Assembly (NCBI GenBank): GCA_963704165.1
Contig: CAVPHD010000004.1
Span: 581,487-645,486, forward strand
DNA length: 64,000 bases
DNA from: an uncultured delta proteobacterium
Lineage (GTDB): Bacteria > Myxococcota_A > UBA9160 > SZUA-336
Direction: 5' to 3'
This document shows positions 53,362-62,036 of the stretch, piece by piece. Under the pieces are notes generated by a model that worked only from the letters and a program-made list of their open reading frames with translations, was not told where the DNA came from and searched no databases. Position 1 is the first letter of the stretch, and each line of letters starts with the position of its first letter. The position numbers and the translations under genes were made by a program.

Positions 53362-55070
53362 CCCGCATGTCTTCCAGCGAAGCCTTCGTCGAGACACTCG
53401 TCGCGCACGGAGTCACCGACGTGTTCGGAATCGTCGGATCGGCCTACATGGACGCGCTCGACCTCTTTCCTCCCGCGGGAATCCGCTTCTGGTCCGTCGC
53501 TCACGAGCAGAACGCCGCGCACATGGCCGACGGCTACAGCCGCGTGACCGGACGCCACGGCGTCTGCGTCGCGCAGAATGGGCCGGGGATCACGAACTTC
53601 GTCACCGCGATCGCCGCCGCATACTGGGCGCACTCGCCGGTCGTGTGCATCACGCCCGAGGCCGGCACGATGGGAATCGGCACCGGCGGTTTCCAGGAGA
53701 CGGAGCAGCTGCCGATCTTCTCGAAGATCACGAAGTTCCAGACGCACGTGAATCGACACGAGCGAATCGCGGAGCTCACCCACCGCGCGTTCGTTCTCGC
53801 ACTCGCGGAGCGTGGGCCGGTGCAGATCAACATCCCGCGCGATCTCTTCTTCGGCGAAGCGGACTACGTGATCCGCGAGGCGCGTCCGATCGAGCGAGGG
53901 GCCGGCGGGGCGTCGAGCCTCGACGCGGCGGCGCGGCTGCTCGCCGGCGCGCGCTTTCCGGTGATCATGGCCGGCGGGGGCGTCGTGATGGGCGACGGCC
54001 GGAGCGAGCTCGTCGCGCTCGCCGAGCACCTCTCCGCGCCGGTGATCGCGTCGTACCTGCACAACGACGCCTTCCCGGCGAGCCACCCGCTGATGTGCGG
54101 TCCGATCGGCTACCAGGGCGCCAAGTCGGCCATGCACGTCGTCGCGCAAGCCGACGTGATTCTGTGTCTGGGCACGCAGGCTCGGCCCGTTCGGAACGCT
54201 GCCGCAGCACGGGATCGACTACTGGCCGAAGCAGGCGAAGCTGATTCAGGTCGACACCGACCACCGCATGCTCGGCCTCGTGAAGGAAGTCGAAGTGGCG
54301 GTTCACGGCGACGCACGTGCGGCAGCCGCCGAGCTCCTGGCCCGCACGAAGAACCTCGAGATCGCGGGACAGAAGACGCGCGAGGCGCGCCTGACCGAGG
54401 TCGCGCGCCGAAAGCAGGAGTGGGAGGCGGAGCTCTCGTCGTGGTCGTCGGCGGACGGCTCGCCGATCTCGCCGCGCCGCGCGCTGCGCGAGCTCGAACG
54501 CGCGATGCCGAAGCGCGCGATGGTGACGACCGACATCGGCAACATCTGCTCGGTGGCGAACAGCTACCTGCGCTTCGACGAGCCGCTCTCGATGTTCGCG
54601 CCGATGATGTGGGGCAACTGCGGCTACGCGCTGCCGACCGCGATGGGCTGCAAGGTCGCCGCGCCCGATCGCCCGGCGATCGCGTACATCGGCGACGGCG
54701 CGTGGGGCATGAGCCAGACCGAGGTCATGACCTGCGTGCGCGAGCGACTCGCGGTCGTCGCCGTGGTCTTCAACAACCGGCAGTGGGGTGCGGAGAAGAC
54801 GCAATCAGATCGACTACTACGGCAGCCGCTTCGTCGGCTCGAACCTCGACAATCCGTCCTTCGCCGGGAATCGCGCGCGCGATGGGTGCGGACGGCGTGA
54901 CCGTGGACGCGCCCGATCAGGTCGGGGACGCCCTGCGCGCGGCCGTCGCCTCGAATCGTCCGACCGTGCTCGAGATCATGTGCAACGACGAGCTCGGCGA
55001 ACCCTTCCGCCGCGACGCGTTGAAGAAGCCCGAGCGTCTGCTCGCGAAGTACCGGGCGTTCGGAGGCTGA
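53358..55070 (+). CDS. xsc: Sulfoacetaldehyde acetyltransferase (ThDP enzyme), about 3 frameshifts
   Basis: SEAFVE...FGIVGSAYMD, HEQ, QNGPGITN, TDIGNICS, GDGAWG, QWGAEK, ELGEPFRRDALKKP. Confidence 0.9.
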   Translation: MTRMSSSEAFVETLVAHGVTDVFGIVGSAYMDALDLFPPAGIRFWSVAHEQNAAHMADGYSRVTGRHGVCVAQNGPGITNFVTAIAAAYWAHSPVVCITPEAGTMGIGTGGFQETEQLPIFSKITKFQTHVNRHERIAELTHRAFVLALAERGPVQINIPRDLFFGEADYVIREARPIERGAGGASSLDAAARLLAGARFPVIMAGGGVVMGDGRSELVALAEHLSAPVIASYLHNDAFPASHPLMCGPIGYQGAKSAMHVVAQADVILCLGTQARPVRNAAAARDRLLAEAGEADSGRHRPPHARPREGSRSGGSRRRTCGSRRAPGPHEEPRDRGTEDARGAPDRGRAPKAGVGGGALVVVVGGRLADLAAPRAARARTRDAEARDGDDRHRQHLLGGEQLPALRRAALDVRADDVGQLRLRAADRDGLQGRRARSPGDRVHRRRRVGHEPDRGHDLRARATRGRRRGLQQPAVGCGEDAIRSTTTAAASSARTSTIRPSPGIARAMGADGVTVDAPDQVGDALRAAVASNRPTVLEIMCNDELGEPFRRDALKKPERLLAKYRAFGG

Positions 55071-55080
55071 GCAGGCGCCT

Positions 55081-56751
55081 CTAGCGCCGCGCCGGCTCGA
55101 GTTCGGAGATCGCCGCGCGGATGCGCTCGATCTCGACGACATCGCGGCTTCGTAGCGCGAGAGCGAGCGCCGTGCGCAGCGCGGCTTCGGCTTCGTCGCG
55201 CCGGCCGAGCTCGGCGAGGACCTGCCCCTTCAGGGACCAGACCGGGTAGAAGCCCGGAGCGATCGCGAGCGCGGCGTCGTACTGCTCGATGGCCCCGGGC
55301 AGATCGCCCTGACTCTGGTACGCGATGCCGAGATTCGCGAAGTCACTCTGGAAGCTGATGCGGTCCACGTCGGAGTACGTGATCGGATAGAGCACGGCGA
55401 GCGCGAGCGCGCAGACGAGCGGCAGCGCGAAGCGCCGGGCGCGAAGCGATCGCGTGATCTCGACGATGGCCAGGGCCGCGAAGACGAGCAGGACGGGCGT
55501 CAGCGCCATCCGGTAGCGGTCGTTGACGAAGAACGCGAGCAGAGCGAAGACGAGCGAGAGCACGTATCCGTACAGCGGCAGGGTGCGCCGTCCGCTGCGG
55601 AGCGCGAGCGCCAGGCCGACCGCCGCGAAGGGGAAGATCGCGCCGAAGCTCGTGAGCGGCAGGTCGAGCAGGCGCGAGAAGCGGCGCGCGAAGTAGAGAT
55701 TGCGGTTGTTCGGAACCTCGTAGGCGTTCACCAGGTAGCGCAGCTTCGTGCCGAGCAGTCCGAGCCAGCGCCCCGGATCGGCCGCGATCTGGCGCCAGGC
55801 CTCGCGCATCCAGAAGGCCGAGACCTCGGAAGGCCGGAGCGATTCGCGGCCGAGCTCGAGCCGAGCGACCTCGGGGAAGTTCAGGTTCTGGTCCCCGGCA
55901 CTGAGCCCGAGCACGCGGCCCTCGTAGCGCGCGGGATGCATGTAGATCCCGTCGGCGTCGGCGTTGTTGCCGATGTAGAAGTTCGCGCCGGCGTTCGACG
56001 TGAGCAGCACGGGATCGCCGCCGATCCAGAGGTTGTGTGCGAGCGAAGGCGCGAGCGCGAGCGCGAGCGCGGCCGAGTACGCGAAGAGGGGCTTCCTCCA
56101 CGCTCGCGGACCGCGCGCGCGTGCGGACAGGAGGATCGCGAGCGAAGCGAATGCCGCGAAGACCAGAATGCTGCCGCGCGCCTGCGCGGACAGACCCAGG
56201 CAGAGCCCGGACGCGAAGAGCCAGCGCAGCGACCCGCGCTCGGTGCCGGCGACCAGCGCGCAGAGCATGGCCAGGTTCAGGAAGACGATCAGCGTCTCGG
56301 CGAGCAGCAGTCCCGCGTAGAAGACGTACATCGCGTAGGTCGCGGCGAGGAGCGCGGCGACCTTCCCGACCCCGGGGTCGAAGAGCCGGCGGCCGAGCGC
56401 GTTCACCATTCCCACGCTCGCCGTCGACAAGCCGATCTGGACCCCCGCGGCGGCGAGCACCGACGGCCCGACGAGCGCGTGGAGGAGCGCGAGGAAGTAC
56501 GGATACGCCGGCCCGAGGTAGAAGACCGGCTCCGCGCGGGAGAGCCAGTCGCCGGCCGCGATGCGCTTCGCCCAGTCGTGGTAGTCGAGCGCGTCCGTGT
56601 GCAGGTGCAGGAAGAACGGCGTGTCGTGCACCTCGAACAGGTGGATCCCGCGGAGCAGCAGCGCGAGAAAGAGCAGGGCGACGAGCCAACGACGGTCGCG
56701 AAGCTCCGTCGGTCCGCGATCGTCAGGGGAGTTGCGTGCGGAGCCTCGCAG
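55081..56751 (-). CDS. GT39/ArnT-like glycosyltransferase with C-terminal TPR (start uncertain)
   Basis: DALDY, PAYPYFL, NFYIGNN, RYR; TPR NLG..Y...G...AI..Y..AL...P. Confidence 0.82.
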   Translation of the reverse strand: MRGSARNSPDDRGPTELRDRRWLVALLFLALLLRGIHLFEVHDTPFFLHLHTDALDYHDWAKRIAAGDWLSRAEPVFYLGPAYPYFLALLHALVGPSVLAAAGVQIGLSTASVGMVNALGRRLFDPGVGKVAALLAATYAMYVFYAGLLLAETLIVFLNLAMLCALVAGTERGSLRWLFASGLCLGLSAQARGSILVFAAFASLAILLSARARGPRAWRKPLFAYSAALALALAPSLAHNLWIGGDPVLLTSNAGANFYIGNNADADGIYMHPARYEGRVLGLSAGDQNLNFPEVARLELGRESLRPSEVSAFWMREAWRQIAADPGRWLGLLGTKLRYLVNAYEVPNNRNLYFARRFSRLLDLPLTSFGAIFPFAAVGLALALRSGRRTLPLYGYVLSLVFALLAFFVNDRYRMALTPVLLVFAALAIVEITRSLRARRFALPLVCALALAVLYPITYSDVDRISFQSDFANLGIAYQSQGDLPGAIEQYDAALAIAPGFYPVWSLKGQVLAELGRRDEAEAALRTALALALRSRDVVEIERIRAAISELEPARR

Positions 56752-56760
56752 CGGACTCGG

Positions 56761-57681
56761 TCAGCGCGACGCTCGCGCGCGCGATTCGACGAAGTACGCA
56801 AACGTCTCGCTCGTGGTCTTCTGCGGGCGGTAGCCGAACTCCTGAACCAGGCGCCGGTTCGAGAGCACGGGGCGATAGCGCAGGAAGCCGACCTGCTCGG
56901 GGCCGTACTGCGTGAGCCCGAGCTTCGAGAGCACCCACAGACCGGCTTGGAGGAGAGCGGGCGGAATTTCGATGTACGGCTTGCCGAGGCGCCGCGCGAT
57001 CTCGCGCACGGTGAGCGCACCGTCGCCCGCCAGGTTGTAGCAGCCCGTGCCCCCGCGTCGGATGCCGAGAAGGATCGCGCCGACCACGTCCTGGTCCCAG
57101 ATGAAGACGAACGGGCTCGCGGAGCCGCCGACGCCGAGCACGAATCGGCCGTCGAAGAGGTCCGTGATCTGGTTCTTCGTGCTGGCGCCGAGGATCGTGC
57201 CCGGGCGCAGCACCAGCTGCAGAAGCTCGGGGTGCTTCGCGCGGTACTCGGCGAGCATCTCCTCGACCTGCCGCTTGTGGTCGGAGTAGGCGAACTCCGC
57301 GTTGCCGCGAAGCGCGTGCGACTCGTCGAGCCACTCGGGGTTGTCGGCGTGGTAGCCGTAGGCGGCTCCGCTCGAGGTGTACACCAGCTTGCGTACGCCG
57401 GACTCCAAACACGCCTCGAGCACGTTGCGCGTTCCACCGACGTCGACCTCCCACTCGAGCGCTCGATTCGAGCCGCGTCCGGGCGTGACGATCGCGGCGA
57501 GGTGAACGACGACGTCCGGACGATGACGCCGGAAGCTCGCGGCGCACGCCGCCGCGTCTCGAACGTCGAGCGCGTCGGTGGTCACCCCCGTCGGAGTCTC
57601 CTGCGCGGGCAGGGGGCGCAGATCGCTGGCGACGATCGCCTCGACCCCCCCGGGCTCGGCCGCGAGCGCGGCGACGACCTG
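56761..57681 (-). CDS. NAD-dependent epimerase/dehydratase, 5' truncated at the junction
   Basis: VVHLAA, YTSSGAAYG, YSDHK; N-terminal GxxGxxG missing. Confidence 0.85.
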   Translation of the reverse strand, partial: QVVAALAAEPGGVEAIVASDLRPLPAQETPTGVTTDALDVRDAAACAASFRRHRPDVVVHLAAIVTPGRGSNRALEWEVDVGGTRNVLEACLESGVRKLVYTSSGAAYGYHADNPEWLDESHALRGNAEFAYSDHKRQVEEMLAEYRAKHPELLQLVLRPGTILGASTKNQITDLFDGRFVLGVGGSASPFVFIWDQDVVGAILLGIRRGGTGCYNLAGDGALTVREIARRLGKPYIEIPPALLQAGLWVLSKLGLTQYGPEQVGFLRYRPVLSNRRLVQEFGYRPQKTTSETFAYFVESRARASR

Positions 57682-58102
57682 AGCAGCGGCTGGTGGCCAA
57701 CCCGGAACTGGAGGCCCGCATGGTGGTGAACATCCCCCGTCCAAGGGGCAGCACCGTGGCTGGCTGACCTTCTCCGCCAGGCCTTCGTGCACGACACCTG
57801 GCGGCACCTCTGGGATCCTGGCCGCGCCGCGGCCTCGTGGCTACTTCGATCCGCGCTCCCTCGATCTGGCCCGCCAACGCCCCACCGTGTTTCACGTGAA
57901 GTGCTGCGTGGCTGACGACGACTTGCTCGTCACCAGCGCCAACCTCAGCGACAGCGCCCAGCTCGACAACTGCGAGCTCGGCATTCACTTCCCCTCCGGC
58001 AGCCGTGCCGACGCCGTGTGGCAGCACTTTGACCGCCTCATCCAGCGGCAGCCCCCTGCACTGGTGCCGATCGAGACGCCCCTCCATGGGGGCACTCAGT
58101 GA
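57681..58102 (+). CDS. DrmC-like phospholipase D nuclease, C-terminal part (frameshifted, 5' truncated)
   Basis: RMVVNIPR, YFDPRSL, HVKCCVAD, TSANLS..AQ..N.ELG. Confidence 0.7.
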
Positions 58103-58475
58103 CCCGCTGACTCCTCGCGGCCCATCAGATCGCCAGCTGCCACAGCCTCCGTGGGGTAGGTGATCCGATCCAGAATCACCTGGATGCGTTCACCGAACCG
58201 CTGGGCTTGCTCGTTCACCAGCCGCTCTGCCAGATCGATGTCACCGCCACTGCGCAGGGTTTTTGCAGGATCGTCTGCCGCGACAACTCCACCAACTGCT
58301 CCACCCGCACCACCCGCTGCCGCAGGGCCTGCACGATCAGCTCGCGGTAAACGATGCAGTGATAGAAGCGGAAGTCCGGATCCATCTGCCCCATCTCCTG
58401 GGCAATGGTGAAGCGCAGATCCTGCAGCTGCCGATAGGCGGCCTGCACGCTCGCCAGCGCAGTGGCCTCATCCAT
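58096..58475 (-). CDS. Hypothetical helical protein (one frameshift)
   Basis: MDEATALAS...RQTIL continues as LRSGGDIDLAERLVNEQAQRFGERIQVILDRI; start overlaps upstream stop. Confidence 0.5.
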
Positions 58476-59451
58476 GGGAGTGTCCCCGCCGGGATTGACG
58501 CATGGCTTTGTTGGCCTGGGCCTGCAGCACCATCAGCTCCCGCAGCTGAGCGCCGATGCCCTCGATGTCGTCGCTGAGCCGGTTGAGCACCGGCCCGATC
58601 GAGCCCGCTCAGCGCCGCGAAGCGGTCCTGCAGGATCGCCATCTCTTCCCGCAGCTGGGAGAGCTCCTCAGCCTGCAGGGCAGCCCCTGCTCTCGGGGGC
58701 CGGGGGATGGATCGCGAGCCAACGCTCACCCAGGCCCGTGCGTTCCCCGGCCAGCTGCACGAAGGCCCGCTCCACATGACCCAGCAGCGGTTGCGTCTCG
58801 ATGCCATCCAGCACCTGCAGCGCCTGCTCCAGGCCGGCCTGCACGGGGTAGGGATGGTGGCGGCCGTCGCCAGGATCATTGCGCGCTGGCCTGCAGTTCC
58901 ATCGGCATTTCCGCCAGGCGCAGCACCGCCGCATGCCACGACAGGGAATGAAAGGCCGTATCGGCCTTGGAGTGGGAGGCGTGGTGCCGGTCCTGCTGGA
59001 GCTTGATGCACAGCCCTCGGGTTTCCTGCAGCAATCCAGTGAAGCGGCGCAGTTCACCGGCTCCCTCTGGCTTCAGCCGCACCTGCTCGGGGAGATGACG
59101 CCAGAGATCGTGGATCAGACTGCCCGTGCGCCGCGTGCCGCGGTCGCTGCTCAGCAGCACCTCCCAGCGCTCATAGAAGTTGTAGGGCTCCGGCTGGATC
59201 TGCGTCAGCAGCGCCTCCAGCTCCTGGCGGGCCTGGTGCAGATCATCGGGTTCTTCCCGTTGATAGGCCCTGATGTTGCGGCCCTCGCTGCGGAGGTCTT
59301 GCAACACCTGCACCTTCACGGGCACCGCCAGCTCGAGCAGCGCCAGCAGCAACCGGCCGGCCAGCAAGGCCAGGCCGCGCTCCTTGTCCAGGGACACCGC
59401 CGCCTGAAGACTGCCGTAATGCACATGCTCTAAGGCAATTAGCAGATCCAA
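58468..59451 (-). CDS. Hypothetical protein with RxxxxH (HEPN-like) motif and coiled coil (frameshifted)
   Basis: DRHHASH at 58972-58992; later pieces AEELSQLREEMAILQDRF and DDIEGIGAQLRELM. Confidence 0.5.
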
Positions 59452-59584
59452 CCTATTGCGCCATTCTCCAATGATGCCCGGAGGATGCTGGCTGGATGTC
59501 CGTGAAAATTGACAGTTACTATCTTCATGCGGTGCTTCGCAGAAGGCGATTGCAACCGCCATGCCGCCCATGCACGATGGAGCG

Positions 59585-60055
59585 ATGAGCACCAGCCCGC
59601 TGCGCTGCCACCTGCTGATCGGCCCCCCCCGACAGTGGCAAGACCACGTTGGCCCATAGGTTGGCACCGCTGCTGTCAGGTGCCGGTGGCGAGCCTGGGT
59701 TGGTGCTCTCCACCGATGTGATCCGCGCTGAGCTGTTCGGTGATGCGGCGGTGCAGGGGCCCTGGGATGTCATCCGCACCCTGTTGCTGCAGCGCTTGCA
59801 GGCCGCAGTAGAGGCGGGTAGGCCGGTTGATCATCGATGCCACCCACGCTCGCCGCATGCGCAATGCCCTCAACCGCCAGGGCAGCAAGCAGATCCAGCC
59901 CCATCGCTATGGGCGGCTGCTGGATCTGGAGCGGCTGCTGTTCCTGATCCGCCTGCTCACCAGCTTCAACGGCCTCGACGAGGCCGACCCGTGCACAGCC
60001 TCGGCGCTGCTGCAGATCTGCAACCCCCCGCCCCAGGGGGACCTGGCCGAACGGG
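59585..60055 (+). pseudogene. Decayed, internally deleted copy of the kinase-WYL gene at 62037
   Basis: Near-identical PLRCHLLIGPP, VLSTDVIRAELFGD, DATHARR joined directly to RY.RLLD.ERLLFL...PPQGDLAER. Confidence 0.8.
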
Positions 60056-60124
60056 GTGTCCATACCCTGGCTCCAGGCGGGCCAGACTTGAGGGCTTCTA
60101 CCGCGAACGACGGAGTGTGCTTGC

Positions 60125-60550
60125 GTGTTTTTCCCCGCCGGCGCCCTCAATCGCTTCCACGACGCCCAGAATGCCGGTGCGCCCCCTGTTGTGGAGGTCG
60201 CGCTGGCTGAATTGCGCTCTGGCAGCAAGCGCAACCACTGGATCTGGTTCGTGCTGCCCCAGCTCCGCAGTCTCGGCCGCTCGGCGAACGCCCAGCTCTA
60301 TGGCATCGCAGACCTGGCAGAGGCCCTGCCTACCTGGCGGATACCGCTGCTGCACCAGCAGCTGGAGGCCGTGATGGAGGCGTTCAGGGAGCAGCTCAAC
60401 CAGCCGGGTCAGGGCCTGGAGCAACTCATGGGCGGCGGGTTGGATGCCGCCAAAACCGTGAGCAGCCTCACCTACTCGAGGCCGCCGCTGTGCTTGCACG
60501 CTGGCGACGCTCGAATCGCTCCTGAGGTCAGTGCGAGATCCACGCCGTAA
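60125..60550 (+). CDS. DUF1810 family protein (degraded C-terminus)
   Basis: LNRFHDAQ, ELRSGSKRNHWIWFVLPQL..LGRS..A..YGI. Confidence 0.8.
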   Translation: MFFPAGALNRFHDAQNAGAPPVVEVALAELRSGSKRNHWIWFVLPQLRSLGRSANAQLYGIADLAEALPTWRIPLLHQQLEAVMEAFREQLNQPGQGLEQLMGGGLDAAKTVSSLTYSRPPLCLHAGDARIAPEVSARSTP

Positions 60551-60820
60551 CTCAATCAATCAATTCGAATATCCAGATTCACCGCCCAGCCGCCCTGCTC
60601 GGCGATGTGGCAGAGAAAGCGCAGCAGGTTTTCTGGCCGGTCCACCGGGTTGAGCTGGGGCTGCTCAGGATCCGGTTCAGGTCGATGCCGGGCACCGAGC
60701 ATGAGCGCAGCACCTCCACCAGGGTGCTGCCGGGATCGCTGCAGCCGACCGCTCGGCCAGGCGCAGAAACTGCTCAAAGCCCAGCGACCCCTGGCTGTCG
60801 GCACGGAAGCGGAATATGGC

Positions 60821-61187
60821 TCAGCCCTCCTCCGGCTCGTCTGGGTTGTTGAGCTCCAACACCGTCCACTCTTGGCTCCACACCGGTCCGCAGGCTATCC
60901 CGCGTGTTGTGAGCTCAAACGCCACCCAGTTCGGCAGCTCCACACTCCGCAGGAACGCCGGGATGTCCAGCAGATCCTCGGCCGCTTCCTGGGCTGCCAG
61001 GTATTTCTGCCACAGCGGTTTGAGCTCCTCGGCCAGGTAGACGGGCTCGTCGGGCACCTCATGGCACCAGCCACCGCGCAGGGTGGGGGCGTTGGCCTGG
61101 CCGTCGTCGTGGAACACTCTCTGTCCCGTCAGCGGACAGAAGAAGTTCCAGTCGTCCAGCTCCAGCTGGATGATCTGCAGGGCTCAT
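60821..61187 (-). CDS. Hypothetical acidic protein (frameshift after codon 2)
   Basis: ATGAGC(C)CTG restores MSLQIIQLELDDWNFFCPLTGQRV...GIACGP. Confidence 0.55.
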
Positions 61188-61259
61188 ACCCTTGTCGGCG
61201 AAGAGCCAATGTTGGGGGCCCCTACTGCGAACACCGGGGCGCACCCGGGTGTTCTTAGC

Positions 61260-61652
61260 TCATGCCAACACGGTCACGGTGTTGCCGTACCGCCCCAGCT
61301 GCCGGTCGGCCGTGAGCAACAGCATTGGCTCCGTTCTGCTCTGGCACACCAGCAGCCGGTCAAAAGGATCGCGATGGTCGCCATCACACTCCAGCTCCGC
61401 CACCGCCAGCAGATGGGTGTTGCGAATCGGCAGCCAGCGGAACCCCTGCAGCGGCACCTGGCGCTCCAGTTCCGCCAGGTCCACCTGCAGCCGGCCGATC
61501 GACACCTTGATCGCCATCTCCCACAACGAGGCCTGACTCACAAACACCTCCGCCTCCGGTGCCTGCGCCTGCTCCACCACCGGCGCCGGCAGCCGCGGGT
61601 CGTCACTCAGCCACCACAGCACCAGATGGGTGTCGAGCAGCAGCCGCGTCAC
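61260..61652 (-). CDS. vapC: VapC/PIN toxin
   Basis: LLLDTHLVLW, VSQASLWE, HRDPFDRLL, LTAD. Confidence 0.92.
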   Translation of the reverse strand: MTRLLLDTHLVLWWLSDDPRLPAPVVEQAQAPEAEVFVSQASLWEMAIKVSIGRLQVDLAELERQVPLQGFRWLPIRNTHLLAVAELECDGDHRDPFDRLLVCQSRTEPMLLLTADRQLGRYGNTVTVLA

Positions 61653-61875
61653 TGCAGCGCCTCGAACAGGTGATCCAGCGGTGCATCGAAGTTGTCCGCA
61701 AGCTGGATCTGGTCGCGCATCGCCCCAGGTGCTGCCACCGGCTGGGCCGCAGCCTGCCAGCCCACCAACCGCGCAATCGGCACCCCAGAGCGGGCGATCA
61801 CCTCTCCCCCTGCTCCACCAGGTGCAGCAGCTGGGAGAGCTGGGTTTTGGCCTGGTGGATGTTCACCGGATCCAT
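61649..61875 (-). CDS. Phd/YefM-type antitoxin (one frameshift)
   Basis: VNIHQAKTQLSQLL...IARSGVPIARLV...DNFDAPL; GTGA overlap with toxin. Confidence 0.85.
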
Positions 61876-61889
61876 TGCTGCATGCGCTG

Positions 61890-61904
61890 AACTAAGTCTT
61901 AGTT
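61890..61904. promoter_or_regulatory. Palindromic TA operator
   Basis: AACTAAG-T-CTTAGTT immediately upstream of the antitoxin. Confidence 0.6.
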
Positions 61905-62036
61905 TAGTTCGCCCCAGACGGCTTCGCTGCACCGTCATGGGAGCCGATCACTGAGCTCAGCCGGCTAGTGTCGATTCAAGGTCGTCACTCGCAAGACAGC
62001 CTGGTCCTGGCCCGCCAGCCCGTTCAGGATGGGGGG

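Noticed and set aside
57682..57807. N-terminus of the ORF 56761-57807 as listed
   Set aside because: It crosses the junction and is antisense to the DrmC-like sequence
60556..60804. 82-aa ORF
   Set aside because: No recognisable features in an indel-rich region; cannot be supported
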